64,000 nt of DNA, from the NCBI GenBank assembly GCA_023144635.1, contig JAGLFH010000036.1:2645-66644 (forward strand). Reading direction: 5' to 3'. The DNA comes from Candidatus Auribacterota bacterium (GTDB lineage: Bacteria; Auribacterota; JAFGBW01; JAFGJP01). The translations under genes and the position numbers were made by a program. Below the pieces are notes generated by a model, which saw only the letters and a list, made by a program, of their open reading frames with translations, did not search any database and was not told where the DNA came from. Below, in pieces: positions 28,886 through 39,538 of the stretch. The stretch's first letter is position 1. Each line of letters begins with the position of its first letter.

Positions 28886-29050
28886 TTAAATATAAACATT
28901 TAATATTACAATTTATTCAAGCTACTATTTCGTTTTATAAAAATGTTTGAATCTTATCTTTTTATGCGTATAATAGCCAGCTTATAAATTTGAGACTTTT
29001 TAGCTTTATTATTTATTCATTAATTTAAAATGAAAGGTTAAAAGTAAAAA

Positions 29051-29758
29051 ATGAAACCATTAAATAAAACATTAATTGGGGTAATTATTATTTACCTTGC
29101 ACTAACATCTTTATATTGTGGTAAATACAATAAATTCAGCAAAAACACAAAAGAAGATACACCTATAACTGTTTTAAGCGGTAACAAACTGCTTATAGAT
29201 GATCTTGAAGGAAACATCCTTACTGACAGCGGTTATGGAAACCGGGCAGAACTTAGTGTCAGCTTTATATTAAAAAAAGACTGTTCTGAAGATATACATA
29301 CAGGAAATCAAGCTATAAAACTTACATATGATAAGACATATGGCGGATATATGTATTGCGCAAGAGGTTTTGGGCTAACACCTTCGGTAAAGATACCTCA
29401 GGAAAAACTAATTTGGACAGTTAAGCCTGATGAGATTGATTTTAATAAATATAATGCTTTTGGATTTTATATAAAAGGTGATAATACCGGAAATACTATT
29501 GCTGTAGATCTATTTGACAAAGACAAAGAAGTCTTTCGTTACATGATTACAGATGATTCAAAATCATGGAAAGAAATAGTGATACCTTTTAATAAATTCA
29601 TCAGTAGAAATGATTATCAATCAAACTCCAGTAAAAGCAATAAAAAAATTGACTTTCCAATACTTACATATCAGTTTGAGCCTTTTGGCGGAAAAGGAAA
29701 AGAAATAAAAGGTAATATCATAATTGACACTGTTCATTTTGATATTACAGAGCTATAA
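29051..29758 (+). CDS. Exported carbohydrate-binding (CBM11/CIA30-like) protein
   Basis: Signal peptide; LIDDLEG, GFYIKGDNTG, WKEIVIPFNKF, IDTVHF. Confidence 0.7.
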   Translation: MKPLNKTLIGVIIIYLALTSLYCGKYNKFSKNTKEDTPITVLSGNKLLIDDLEGNILTDSGYGNRAELSVSFILKKDCSEDIHTGNQAIKLTYDKTYGGYMYCARGFGLTPSVKIPQEKLIWTVKPDEIDFNKYNAFGFYIKGDNTGNTIAVDLFDKDKEVFRYMITDDSKSWKEIVIPFNKFISRNDYQSNSSKSNKKIDFPILTYQFEPFGGKGKEIKGNIIIDTVHFDITEL

Positions 29759-29819
29759 AATGCATTTTTTTATTCTGATCTCTTGAATCATTTAAAAAAT
29801 AAGTTAAAATAATATAGTT

Positions 29820-30464
29820 ATGAGATTAAAAACCACATTTTTTATTTGTGCTTATCTTATTTTTTTTCTTTTATCAGGCTGCAGCAAGCCTCCCACAATA
29901 ACAAAAACATCAAATAGTGACTTAAAACCAGGAAATCCACCTTATCAAAAAAAATATAACCACACAAACAAGAATTTCGTCAAATCTCTTTCAAAGGGAA
30001 CATGTACAATAAAACCGCTTTATGAATATAAAGTACTTGCCCGTGTAGTAGCTAAAAAGAATTATCATTCCGGATGGCAGGGTGAAGTTGCTCCTTGCGA
30101 CCTTGCTTTAGCATGGGAAAAACTGGCAAAGCCAGAATATCATAACTGTGTTTCATTTTCTCAAAGAAATAGGTGGTATTACTTTCGACTAAAATCAGGA
30201 GCACCATTTGATCTTGATTTTGTATACAAACGTTCAAGCAATAATCATATTATCCCTCACAATGAAAACATCTTAAGAGCACTGAAAAAAATACGTAAAA
30301 ATGACATGGTCTATATTCAAGGATATCTTGTCCGAGCGGACGGAACATGGGGAAACGGTACAAGATGGTGGAACAGCTCTACTTCAAGAGATGACCGCGG
30401 TGATGGTTCCTGTGAAGTTATTTATGCAACTTCTATTCAAATTGGAAAAAACATATATAAATAA
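29820..30464 (+). CDS. Hypothetical lipoprotein
   Basis: Lipobox LSGC; PCDLALAW, SNNHIIP, SSTSRDDRGDGSCEV. Confidence 0.75.
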   Translation: MRLKTTFFICAYLIFFLLSGCSKPPTITKTSNSDLKPGNPPYQKKYNHTNKNFVKSLSKGTCTIKPLYEYKVLARVVAKKNYHSGWQGEVAPCDLALAWEKLAKPEYHNCVSFSQRNRWYYFRLKSGAPFDLDFVYKRSSNNHIIPHNENILRALKKIRKNDMVYIQGYLVRADGTWGNGTRWWNSSTSRDDRGDGSCEVIYATSIQIGKNIYK

Positions 30465-30544
30465 TTTTTTTATGAAATATATGTTAAAATATATTTATAT
30501 TATATCCGACTAAAAAGCGATTTTAACAGCTAAAGACTTATCTT

Positions 30545-33500
30545 ATGTCACAGACTCAAAAGAAAAGGAAAAAATCAGCATCAAAACCTGAAAAGCCTCC
30601 TTTTAGCACTGAAACCATTAATGCTGTTTTTGATCAATCTCCTGTAGGCTTTGTTCTATATGATAATACAGGTTTGTTCTTAAAGACCAATTCCAGCTGT
30701 TTAAAGATCTTTGGCTGTAAAAAAGATACTTTTTTAAAAAAATATTCTCTTTTTAAAAACCCGATATTCCCTAAAATATCAAAAAAACATCTCAATAATA
30801 ACACTTCTATTTTTGAGATGATCTTTGACCCATCTACTAAAAATATAGCAAGTACTCTAAAAAACATTATCTATCTGAAAGTACAAATAACTATTTTAAA
30901 GAACCCTTCACTAAAATTAGAAAATTATCTCTTAAATATTGAAAATATAACAGACCAAAAAATAGCTGAAAAAATACATAATGAATCGGAAAGGACCCTT
31001 GATACTATTCTTAGGGCATCGCCTGTTGGAATTGGACTTGTAAATGAAAATAGAAAACTTGGGTGGGCAAATAATCTTTTACTGAAAATGACAGGTTATA
31101 CGCAAAATGAAATTTTAGGGAAAAGCGTATCTATCTTTTATGACAAAAGAAAAGAATTTATCCGTGTAGGCAAAGAACTTTATGCTGATATGCGCAAACA
31201 CGGCATGGGCGAAATAGATACCGTTTGGAAGCAAAAAAACGGCACCCTTTTTAACGTTCATATCCACATACAGCCTATTTTCCCTAAAAAGCCTTCTTAC
31301 GGTATTATTACCGCTGTTATGGATATTACAGAACGATTAAAAGCAGTAGAAAAAGTAAAACAAAGTGAAGAATTTCTTTCAAATATTTTTAGAAGTATTA
31401 CTGACCCTCTTTATGTTATTAATAAACAATATAAAATTGTTCGTTTAAATTCTGCTGCTTCAAAAATCTATGACTATCCTACAGATAAAGGTCCATCACA
31501 TTTATCATGTTACTCTTCACTACATAAAAAAAGATACCTTTGTCAAGATTGTCCTGCAGAAGAAACTTTTCGAACAAAAAAGCCTGCTATTCGTTTTCAA
31601 GAAAATATTCTTTCAGGGGGAAACCGGATTTGGACAGTTACGCAAGCTTATCCTATATTTGATGAAAGCGGAAATTTAAAACAGGTTGTTATATATGTAC
31701 GAAATATAACTAAGCGGAAAAATATTGAAGAACGCCAAAACCTGACACTTGAAATACTCCATCACCTGAATCTTGGCGGTAAGGGAAAAGACGTTCTAAA
31801 AGAAATTGTTTCACTTGTAAAAGCATATTCACATTGTGATAGCGTGGGAATACGCCTTAATGAAACACAGGGTTGTTATTACATTACTAACGGCTTTTCC
31901 AGGCCTTTTCTGGAAAAAGCTAATGATATTAAAACATATGATAAGTTTGGTAATATCCTGGTTGATAAAAAGGGAGATCCACTTCTTCGCTGTATCTGCG
32001 GAGACGTTTTAACAGGTAAATTTGCCACTAATAGAAATTATTTTACAAAAGGCGGAAGTTTCTGGACAAACTCATTATCCAATCATGCAAAAGATACCTT
32101 TTCAAAGAAATCAAAAAACTATGCTGTGCTTTGCAGGCGTGAAAATTTTGAATCACTAGCGCTTATACCTTTAAAAGCAGAAGGAAAGATAGTAGGTCTA
32201 CTTCAAATGTTGTCCAAAAAAAATGGTATCTTTAATAAGAATCTTATTGATTTTTATGAACGTCTTGGAGAAAGTATAGGTGTTGCTTTACAAAGAATAC
32301 ATTCAAGCCAATCCCTAATTGAATCTGAACAATTTCTATCAGCAATTACAGATCAAAGTCCTATAAGCATGTGGATATTAGACCAAAACGGAAAAATTGT
32401 AAAAATGAACCATGCATCACAGGAGCTTTTTGGTATAAAAAATGAAAAAGATATAATGGAAAAATATAATATTTTTCAAGATGAGGTTTTTTTAAAGGGA
32501 GGTCAAAAAACCTCAATAGAAAAAGTTTTTAAAAAAGGAGAAAAAGTCGAATTTAGAATCAATTATGATCTTGAAAAAGTATCTCATATTGCTTTTTCTG
32601 AATCAAACGCTCTTGTACTTGATATAACGATGTCTCCAATTAAGGAATCACGCGGAAGCGTAAGCCATGCTGTTATTATGCATAAAGACATAACTGAAAT
32701 ATCACACCTTGAGACACAGTTTAGACAATCCCAAAAAATGGAAGCAATAGGAAGGCTTGCAGGAGGCATTGCACATGACTTCAATAATATCCTTGAAATA
32801 ATAAGCGGTCATGTTGATCTTACCCGTATTTCTGACAACCAGGAGACTACCGAGGAATCACTGAATATAATACAGCAATCTGTAAAGCGAGCTGCTGATC
32901 TTACAAATAAATTACTCGGTTTTGCAAGAGAGGGTAAATACAGATCAGAACCGTCAAATGTTCGCACTCTTATTGAAGACGTATATATCCTTATAAGCCA
33001 GACATTTGATAAGCGAATTAATATAACTCTCAACATATCACCAAATATTCATCTTATAGAAGGAGATAAAGGACAACTTGAACAATCACTCCTTAATCTT
33101 TGTTTAAATTCAAAGGATGCGATGCCTGATGGAGGAAAAATAATCCTTGAAGCCCAAAACTGGATAATAGATGAAGAATTTGTTAAAAATCATATCGGTG
33201 CAAAAAAAGGACTTTATACTGTCATACGCGTAACAGATACAGGCACAGGAATAACAGAAAAAATAAAACCCCATATTTTTGAGCCTTTCTTTACAACAAA
33301 AGAAAAAAGTTACCATTCAGGAATGGGACTTTCCATGGTATATGGAATCATAAAAAATCACGGTGGATATATCGATGTTTGGTCAGACAGCGGTAAAGGT
33401 ACTACGTTTGAAATATTTTTACCGGCTCTCGAGCAAAAGAAAAGTATTAATCACTTTTCACATAAGAAAAAGACTAAAAAAGGTACAGGTACTATTTTAC

Positions 33501-33853
33501 TTGTAGATGATGAAGACCTTATTAGAGATCTTATTAGAAAGATTTTGGAAGCAAATGGATATAATGTACTTACTGCAGAAGATGGATTTGCTGCTGAAAA
33601 AACACTAAAAGCACATCTAAAGACAATAGACCTCATTGTACTTGACCTTATAATGCCTCATATGTCCGGCAAAGAGGCTTTTGAAAAGCTTCAAGCTATT
33701 TCATGCGACATCCCTATAATTATTGTTTCAGGCTTTAGCCTTAATGATGATTCTCAAGAACTCATTAGCAAAGGGGCTGCTGATTATTTGCAAAAGCCAT
33801 TTGATCTTGTTAAACTGCTTCAATCTATAAGAGTATCACTACTACCTGACTAA
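30545..33853 (+). CDS. Hybrid sensor histidine kinase (multi-PAS, GAF, HisKA, HATPase, REC)
   Basis: QKMEAIGRLAGGIAHDFNNIL, NLCLNSKDAM, DTGTGI, FEPFFTTK, GMGLS, ILLVDDE...DLIMP. Confidence 0.95.
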   Translation: MSQTQKKRKKSASKPEKPPFSTETINAVFDQSPVGFVLYDNTGLFLKTNSSCLKIFGCKKDTFLKKYSLFKNPIFPKISKKHLNNNTSIFEMIFDPSTKNIASTLKNIIYLKVQITILKNPSLKLENYLLNIENITDQKIAEKIHNESERTLDTILRASPVGIGLVNENRKLGWANNLLLKMTGYTQNEILGKSVSIFYDKRKEFIRVGKELYADMRKHGMGEIDTVWKQKNGTLFNVHIHIQPIFPKKPSYGIITAVMDITERLKAVEKVKQSEEFLSNIFRSITDPLYVINKQYKIVRLNSAASKIYDYPTDKGPSHLSCYSSLHKKRYLCQDCPAEETFRTKKPAIRFQENILSGGNRIWTVTQAYPIFDESGNLKQVVIYVRNITKRKNIEERQNLTLEILHHLNLGGKGKDVLKEIVSLVKAYSHCDSVGIRLNETQGCYYITNGFSRPFLEKANDIKTYDKFGNILVDKKGDPLLRCICGDVLTGKFATNRNYFTKGGSFWTNSLSNHAKDTFSKKSKNYAVLCRRENFESLALIPLKAEGKIVGLLQMLSKKNGIFNKNLIDFYERLGESIGVALQRIHSSQSLIESEQFLSAITDQSPISMWILDQNGKIVKMNHASQELFGIKNEKDIMEKYNIFQDEVFLKGGQKTSIEKVFKKGEKVEFRINYDLEKVSHIAFSESNALVLDITMSPIKESRGSVSHAVIMHKDITEISHLETQFRQSQKMEAIGRLAGGIAHDFNNILEIISGHVDLTRISDNQETTEESLNIIQQSVKRAADLTNKLLGFAREGKYRSEPSNVRTLIEDVYILISQTFDKRINITLNISPNIHLIEGDKGQLEQSLLNLCLNSKDAMPDGGKIILEAQNWIIDEEFVKNHIGAKKGLYTVIRVTDTGTGITEKIKPHIFEPFFTTKEKSYHSGMGLSMVYGIIKNHGGYIDVWSDSGKGTTFEIFLPALEQKKSINHFSHKKKTKKGTGTILLVDDEDLIRDLIRKILEANGYNVLTAEDGFAAEKTLKAHLKTIDLIVLDLIMPHMSGKEAFEKLQAISCDIPIIIVSGFSLNDDSQELISKGAADYLQKPFDLVKLLQSIRVSLLPD

Positions 33854-34086
33854 AAAAATAGTGAGTTCTGCGTAATGAGCAGAAATTATTTTAAGATTTT
33901 GTTTCCCTAAAAACCCATTATTGATAATTTTTTTCATTCTTTTACTCTATAATCTTCACACTTAGTATTAATTTCACCCACAACCCATGACTCAAAACCT
34001 ATCACTAATAGATCAACAATAAAAGAAACTGCTACATTTTACTTTCCGTTACTTACTATATTTCTTTTTTTATTAATTCACAGTGT

Positions 34087-34115
34087 TTGACGAAACATCT
34101 ATTTTTGGTTAATAT
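34087..34115 (+). promoter_or_regulatory. Putative sigma-70 promoter of the RAYT-like gene
   Basis: TTGACG-17 nt-TAATAT, then AAAGGA RBS. Confidence 0.5.
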
Positions 34116-34142
34116 GTAAGAAAAACAACTCTAAAAGGAATT

Positions 34143-35093
34143 ATGTCGCGTCCATTAAGAATAGAATTTCCTGGTGCATATTACCATATCCTTCATAAAT
34201 CAAACGGTAATGAAAAAATATTCAAAGGTCAAGAAGACTGCAATATTTTTTTTGAATATCTTCATAATACTATAATAAGATATGATATAAGACTTCACTG
34301 TTTTGTTATCCTCCCTAATGCATACCATCTGTTACTAGAGACCATTGATGCTAATTTAAGTCGTGCTATGCACTATCTAAGCACTGGGTTTTCAATGAAA
34401 TATAATGCTGCGCACAGAAGAGAAGGTCATGTATTTAGAGGCCGGTACAAATCTACAATAATACAACCCGGTGATTTTTTATGTTATATGAGTAGAAAGA
34501 TGCATCTTGAACCTCTTGAGAAAAAATTAGTTACAGATCCTACTGAGTATCCTTTTTCAAGCTATAAATATTATGTTGATGATTCTTCAACATTCCTTGG
34601 TTTAACAAAAGATACTGTTTTATCTTATTTTGATAAAGATCTTTCCTCCGCAGCAGTTCTTTATAAAAGGTTTGTAGAAGGTTCTATCGGTAAAAAAGAC
34701 CTTACTTTTGAAAAAAATCTTCACGGAGGAATAATACTCGGCTCAAATGAATTTGTAGAATGGATGAAGAAAAGCTTTATGGAAGGTAAAGATTCTTCAG
34801 AAATACCTGTACTTAATAAATTCAAGCCTCCCGGGCCTGATCCTGTAAGAATAAAAGAGATCGTAGAAAAAGAAATTTCCAACAAAAGATGGGCAAGAAA
34901 AATAGCTATCTATCTTATTAGAAAATATTCACAGCATAAGTTAAAAGACATAGCTAAACTTTTTGGTAAAATTACTGATGCAGGAATAAGTCAATCTTTT
35001 TACCGTACAGAAATAGAAAAAAACGAGAAAAATGAACTTAGCGAAAATATTCAAAAAATTGAAAGACTTCTTAAAACACTGCACATTATATAA
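34143..35093 (+). CDS. REP-associated tyrosine transposase (RAYT, Y1/IS200-like) homologue with C-terminal HTH; catalytic residues degenerate
   Basis: MSRPLRIEFPGAYYH, GHVFRGRYKS, YPFSSY; NAYH in place of NHYH; RKMHLEP in place of RYIHLNP; DnaA_C-like tail (RKIAIYL..LKDIAKLFG). Confidence 0.85.
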   Translation: MSRPLRIEFPGAYYHILHKSNGNEKIFKGQEDCNIFFEYLHNTIIRYDIRLHCFVILPNAYHLLLETIDANLSRAMHYLSTGFSMKYNAAHRREGHVFRGRYKSTIIQPGDFLCYMSRKMHLEPLEKKLVTDPTEYPFSSYKYYVDDSSTFLGLTKDTVLSYFDKDLSSAAVLYKRFVEGSIGKKDLTFEKNLHGGIILGSNEFVEWMKKSFMEGKDSSEIPVLNKFKPPGPDPVRIKEIVEKEISNKRWARKIAIYLIRKYSQHKLKDIAKLFGKITDAGISQSFYRTEIEKNEKNELSENIQKIERLLKTLHII

Positions 35094-35115
35094 TAGTTCA
35101 AATTAATATAAATAA

Positions 35116-35592
35116 ATGTCTGCAAAAAAAATATTTCAAAATCATAAAAACATAGGCCTTTTTCTTATCCTTCTGGTATCTCTTTTAACGCAAGGATGCT
35201 TTTGGCCGTCTTCTCTTGAACGTAAAGCACGTAAAAAGCCTTACCAAAAGACTATTGCCATGCGTGTAACAGCTTATTGTTCTTGCGGCAAATGCTGTAA
35301 TTGGAAAAGAAAATGGTTTATCTGGCCAGTTGTTGCAAGTGGTGCTAATAAAGGAAATAAAAAAAGTGTCGGCATTAGCGCAGACGGAACAAAAGCAAAA
35401 AAAGGAACTATCGCAGCTGATACCAGATATTATCCTTTTGGAACTATTATGTATATTCCAGGTTATGGATGGGGAGAAGTTCACGATATCGGAAGCAAAA
35501 TAAAAGGCAAACACATTGATGTTTTCTTTGATTCGCATTCAGATGCTCTTGATTGGGGAAATCAACATTTAAGAGTAACTATATACAAATAA
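35116..35592 (+). CDS. 3D domain-containing lipoprotein
   Basis: VTAYC, TIAADTRYYPFGT, VHDIGSKIKGKHIDVFF; TQGC lipobox. Confidence 0.88.
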   Translation: MSAKKIFQNHKNIGLFLILLVSLLTQGCFWPSSLERKARKKPYQKTIAMRVTAYCSCGKCCNWKRKWFIWPVVASGANKGNKKSVGISADGTKAKKGTIAADTRYYPFGTIMYIPGYGWGEVHDIGSKIKGKHIDVFFDSHSDALDWGNQHLRVTIYK

Positions 35593-35623
35593 TTATGGTT
35601 AAATATAAAAAAAGGAGCTTATT

Positions 35624-36046
35624 ATGAAAAGAAAATCTTTACTCTCATTATTTACTGTATTATTTTTTTTTGTATCCGGATGCGCACCTTTACTTATAGG
35701 CTTAGGTGCACTCGGAGGATATGCCATAAGTCCTGATACTGTAGAAGGAATATATGAAGCAAAACAATCTGAAGCTTTCAGAATCAGCAAAGATATTATG
35801 ATGGAATGGACAACAGATCTTCTTGAAGACGAAGCCGAGACAGAGCTCATAGGAACACTTGATAAAAAACGCATTTGGGTATTTACAGAACAGCTTGACA
35901 ATAAAACAGTACGGATACGCGTTAAAGGAAGAAAATTCGGACTTTCAGATGTAAACAGAATAAATACTTATCCTCTTCCGGACATTAAGACTGCACAAAA
36001 TATTTTTGAAAAAATAGTAACACCTATTCATAAGAGAAAAAGATAA
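35624..36046 (+). CDS. DUF3568-like lipoprotein
   Basis: VSGC lipobox followed by APLLIGLGALGGY; AGGAG RBS. Confidence 0.65.
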   Translation: MKRKSLLSLFTVLFFFVSGCAPLLIGLGALGGYAISPDTVEGIYEAKQSEAFRISKDIMMEWTTDLLEDEAETELIGTLDKKRIWVFTEQLDNKTVRIRVKGRKFGLSDVNRINTYPLPDIKTAQNIFEKIVTPIHKRKR

Positions 36047-36054
36047 ATAAAATC

Positions 36055-36360
36055 AAGTGCCTAAAGTGTGCTAAAGTTTAAAGTGCCTAAAATTAAAGGT
36101 GCACTGCGTGCGATGAAATAAAAGTAACCACCACCTATAGTTTTCAAAGAAAACTTACATTGGTGGCTTTGCGGAAAAAACACGGAAGGGACACAGGAAA
36201 AAGCAAAAAGAAAGAAGCAGAAAATAAAAGAAGGATAGTCAATAAAAAGTAGAAGATAAAGAATAGAAAGCAGCAATGACGGATGAGGGACGATCTTTAA
36301 CATTTTACTTTTATCTGGTTCCTGCGGTTCCTCCCAGCAAGATGGCGGACAGGCAAATCA
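36055..36360. repeat. Mosaic intergenic repeat region (agtgcctaaagt tract, aaacacgga module, heptamers, degenerate palindromes)
   Basis: agtgcctaaagtgtgctaaagtttaaagtgcctaaaattaaagg closely matches 56337-56380; gaaaaaacacgga recurs at ~50353 and ~56475. Confidence 0.7.
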
Positions 36361-36467
36361 CGCAGTCAAAAACAATTTTTATTTTAAACTAATTTGTTAC
36401 CGTAATTGTAAAAAACTACTCTCGGGAAGAAATCTACCTTTGGCAAAAATTATTGGCGTTTTTCTAT

Positions 36468-36848
36468 TTATTTCTTCTTTATATTAAAAGCCGTTGCCAT
36501 AACAGCAGCTACGGTCTCCAAGCCTCTTTTGACTTTCACAATGCATACTTTTGTCTGTCTTCCTTCTTTTATGATTTCAGAAGATGCTTCTAGAAGATCT
36601 CCTTCTTTTACAGGACTCAAATAATTTATATTCATCTCCATTGCAACAGCTACCTGTCCATTTTTATTAACACTGTGCGCAAAAGCCCTGTCTGCAAGTG
36701 TAAATATTGCACCCCCATGTGTATATCCATGTGAATTAAGATGATGTTTTTCAATTTTCAGTTTAAAAGTCTTTCCTTCATTATCAGTAGTTATGCCTAA
36801 AAGTCCGGCAAAAGCACTTTTAGTGTTTAAGAACTCATGATCTTTCAT
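36468..36848 (-). CDS. PaaI family thioesterase (hotdog fold)
   Basis: [26 protein letters not shown]. Confidence 0.9.
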   Translation of the reverse strand: MKDHEFLNTKSAFAGLLGITTDNEGKTFKLKIEKHHLNSHGYTHGGAIFTLADRAFAHSVNKNGQVAVAMEMNINYLSPVKEGDLLEASSEIIKEGRQTKVCIVKVKRGLETVAAVMATAFNIKKK

Positions 36849-37893
36849 TTTTTATGCCTTTCGAAGAAACCTTTTTCTTAAAAATCGAGGATTCCTCTGT
36901 AAACTTTATTACATTTTTCATCATCTCAACCGCCTCTACAGGATATTTACCTTTTGCTGTCTCTCCGGAAAGCATAATATAATCAGATCTGTCTAAAACA
37001 GCATTTGCAATATCAGATACTTCTGCCCTCGTCGGTCTTATATGATTCACCATATTTTCTAGCATCTGTGTTGCCGTTATATCTATCTTCTTTTTTCTGT
37101 TACATTTACGAATTATCATCTTCTGAAAAACAGGAACTTCATAGATAGGCATACTAACCCCCAGATCACCCCTCGCAACCATAATACCATCAGATACATC
37201 TATTATCTCGTCAATGTTATCAAGTCCCTCTTCATTTTCTATTTTTGCAATAAATTTACATTTAGGATGCTTATCTTTAACAGCTTCTTTAAGAGCCAAC
37301 ATATCATCTGCCTTTCTTACAAATGATTGTGCAATAAAATCTACTTTCTGATCTATCCCTAATAAAACATCCTTTTTGTCCTTGTCAGTAAGTCCTTCTA
37401 TGCGAAACCTTATTCCCGGCACATTAATACCTTTATGCTCATTTATATCCCCGCCAACAAGCACTTTTGCTTGTATTCTGTCTTTTAATATCCTGATTAT
37501 CTTTAAACAAATAGTTCCATCATCTATAAAAATATGCTCAAGATCTTTAAATGCTTCCAGAGAACCGTCAAAATCAAAAGGTATGATATTACCCTCTCCC
37601 GGTACAGGTTTAGCTGTCAAAAAAACCGTTTGACCATTTTTTACAGGTATTGGTTTATGTCGTTTAAAAGCACCTATTCGGATTCTGTAACCTTCTAGAT
37701 CCTGGAGTAATTTAATTTCTAAACCATGCTTTTTGTTTATTTTACGCACCATTTCCATTAGCCTAAGATGGTCTGCATGCTTACCATGTGAAAAATTAAA
37801 ACGCGCTACGGACATTCCGGCGTCCGCCATACGTTTTAGCACATCTTCTGTCTGGCTTGTCGGCCCAAGTGTACATATAATTTTTGTTCTCAT
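36835..37893 (-). CDS. pyk: Pyruvate kinase, short form lacking the C-terminal domain
   Basis: [53 protein letters not shown]. Confidence 0.95.
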   Translation of the reverse strand: MRTKIICTLGPTSQTEDVLKRMADAGMSVARFNFSHGKHADHLRLMEMVRKINKKHGLEIKLLQDLEGYRIRIGAFKRHKPIPVKNGQTVFLTAKPVPGEGNIIPFDFDGSLEAFKDLEHIFIDDGTICLKIIRILKDRIQAKVLVGGDINEHKGINVPGIRFRIEGLTDKDKKDVLLGIDQKVDFIAQSFVRKADDMLALKEAVKDKHPKCKFIAKIENEEGLDNIDEIIDVSDGIMVARGDLGVSMPIYEVPVFQKMIIRKCNRKKKIDITATQMLENMVNHIRPTRAEVSDIANAVLDRSDYIMLSGETAKGKYPVEAVEMMKNVIKFTEESSIFKKKVSSKGIKNERS

Positions 37894-38154
37894 ATCTCTT
37901 AATTCCTATTTTTAGTTAAAAATAATATGTTAGCATAACATCTTTTCTTTTAAAGCAATATTTTTATCTGCCAAAACATTCTAAAGTCTTATTTGAAAGG
38001 TGAAAAACAGTTTCTAACCTGAATATTTCGCAGCGCAACGAAATTTTAAGCAATTTTCTAAACTAATCTTGGAAAATTATAGTCTAAAGCTAGTTGAGGT
38101 GGCAGATACTTCATAAGCCAAGTACAGTGTAGTCTCAAGGCACCAAACATCGTT

Positions 38155-38182
38155 GTCATCCCGGACTCTGATCCGGGATCCA
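38155..38182 (+). repeat. GTCAT-type palindromic element
   Basis: gtcatcccggactctgatccgggatcca. Confidence 0.75.
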
Positions 38183-38409
38183 AGTCATATACTGCAAATG
38201 TTTGGTAACGAAAAGAATGCACTGTAATCGGCTCACCATCGGTAAAAATATTCGAACTTAATATCCTAGTTCCCTATAAAAAACATGGTGATAACATGTA
38301 TCTACATATTTTTATAAAATATTTTTCTTTTTCTCTGATCATTAGCTTATTATAAACCCTTTCGAATTTTTTTATGAAATATGCAGGCTAATCAGTTATA
38401 ATCTAAGCT

Positions 38410-39525
38410 ATGGCTAAAAAGAAAAGTAAGTGGTATTTTTTTAGAATATCTATCTGGATATTGATAATAACTTTTCTTTCCCTTTATTTTGTTATTCCAT
38501 CTTTATTTTTAAACCGGCTTTTTTTTCTGAAAAAAGCAGAAGACTTGTGGGAAAAGAACATTGATAACTCACAGCTTTCTATTGGATCAATTAAATGGAA
38601 CAGCCTGGCTGATTTTTCTATACAGAATACTAATATATCCTTTTATGATAAAAAAAAGAAAAAATGGAAAGAAAAAATACATATTGGTGAAATACATTCC
38701 ACATTGCCTCCTGAAGCTTATCTAACTAAAGGCCTTCCGTTTACCAAAAATAATTTATCCTTTTTCCATATTCTATCAAAAAGCATCAACGCATCTCATG
38801 ATTCTATTAAAATAGATAATGCTTCATTTGACTTAAACGGATTTATTTATCCGTTACTGTTTTCCAAGCATAATATAGATCCTTTTCTTTTTGATTTTAC
38901 AGGAAAATTTTTTATTGAAAATCTAAGCTTTGATTCAAATAAAATAAGATCATTAAAAGGGACTTTCTCTAATGTTCCCGAAAAGTATCTTTACATAAAA
39001 GGTACAGTCTTATGGGAAAAAGCATCGTTTACATATGTTATTAAAGCATCTCATGATAAAAGCGAAATATATGCTACTGGGAAAAATATTGATCTGCAAC
39101 AATTTGTATCTAATAAAATTGTAACTGACAGCTTATTTAGAACTAATATTATTGTTAAGCTAAGAGGTAATAATATAACATCTTTTTCTGCTATCCTTGA
39201 TTCTCAAGATAAAGGTACTGTTGAAAATTTTGACTTTTATAGTATAATATCTATAATTCCGCAGGATCAAAGAAACAATATTAAAAATACTTTAGATAGT
39301 TTCCAAAAATATGAATATGCTAACGCTCAGATAAAGTTTATTTGGGAAAATTCAGTATTTTTTACAGACTATCACTTTTTTGGAAACCTAAAAGGGGATG
39401 AACGACATATAACTATACCATTACATACAGATTCTAACTTCAGTGAATTTATGGAAAGAGTTAAAATAGATATTTTTCCTGTTTTTTCAAAGGAATTAAA
39501 CAGTATAATACGTTATCTTAAATAA
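38410..39525 (+). CDS. Membrane-anchored beta-rich protein (YdbH/AsmA-like by context)
   Basis: N-terminal TM; directly upstream of a YnbE/YdbL-like gene. Confidence 0.55.
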   Translation: MAKKKSKWYFFRISIWILIITFLSLYFVIPSLFLNRLFFLKKAEDLWEKNIDNSQLSIGSIKWNSLADFSIQNTNISFYDKKKKKWKEKIHIGEIHSTLPPEAYLTKGLPFTKNNLSFFHILSKSINASHDSIKIDNASFDLNGFIYPLLFSKHNIDPFLFDFTGKFFIENLSFDSNKIRSLKGTFSNVPEKYLYIKGTVLWEKASFTYVIKASHDKSEIYATGKNIDLQQFVSNKIVTDSLFRTNIIVKLRGNNITSFSAILDSQDKGTVENFDFYSIISIIPQDQRNNIKNTLDSFQKYEYANAQIKFIWENSVFFTDYHFFGNLKGDERHITIPLHTDSNFSEFMERVKIDIFPVFSKELNSIIRYLK

Positions 39526-39538
39526 AAAGGAGATCTTC

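Noticed and set aside
33854-35115. Active IS200/IS605 element or RAYT-REP unit
   Set aside because: There are no flanking hairpins or REPs, no tnpB, and the catalytic residues are missing.
36055-36110. agtgcctaaagt tracts (also at 56337 and 60851) as a CRISPR array or iterons
   Set aside because: The units are about 10 bp, degenerate and lack unique spacers; no cas or rep genes are present.
36061-36303. 80-aa hydrophobic minus-strand ORF
   Set aside because: It is a translation of A-rich repeat modules.
37990-38230. Possible riboswitch in the pyk upstream region
   Set aside because: No convincing cobalamin, SAM or c-di-GMP consensus was found; the GC-rich part is a GTCAT repeat.
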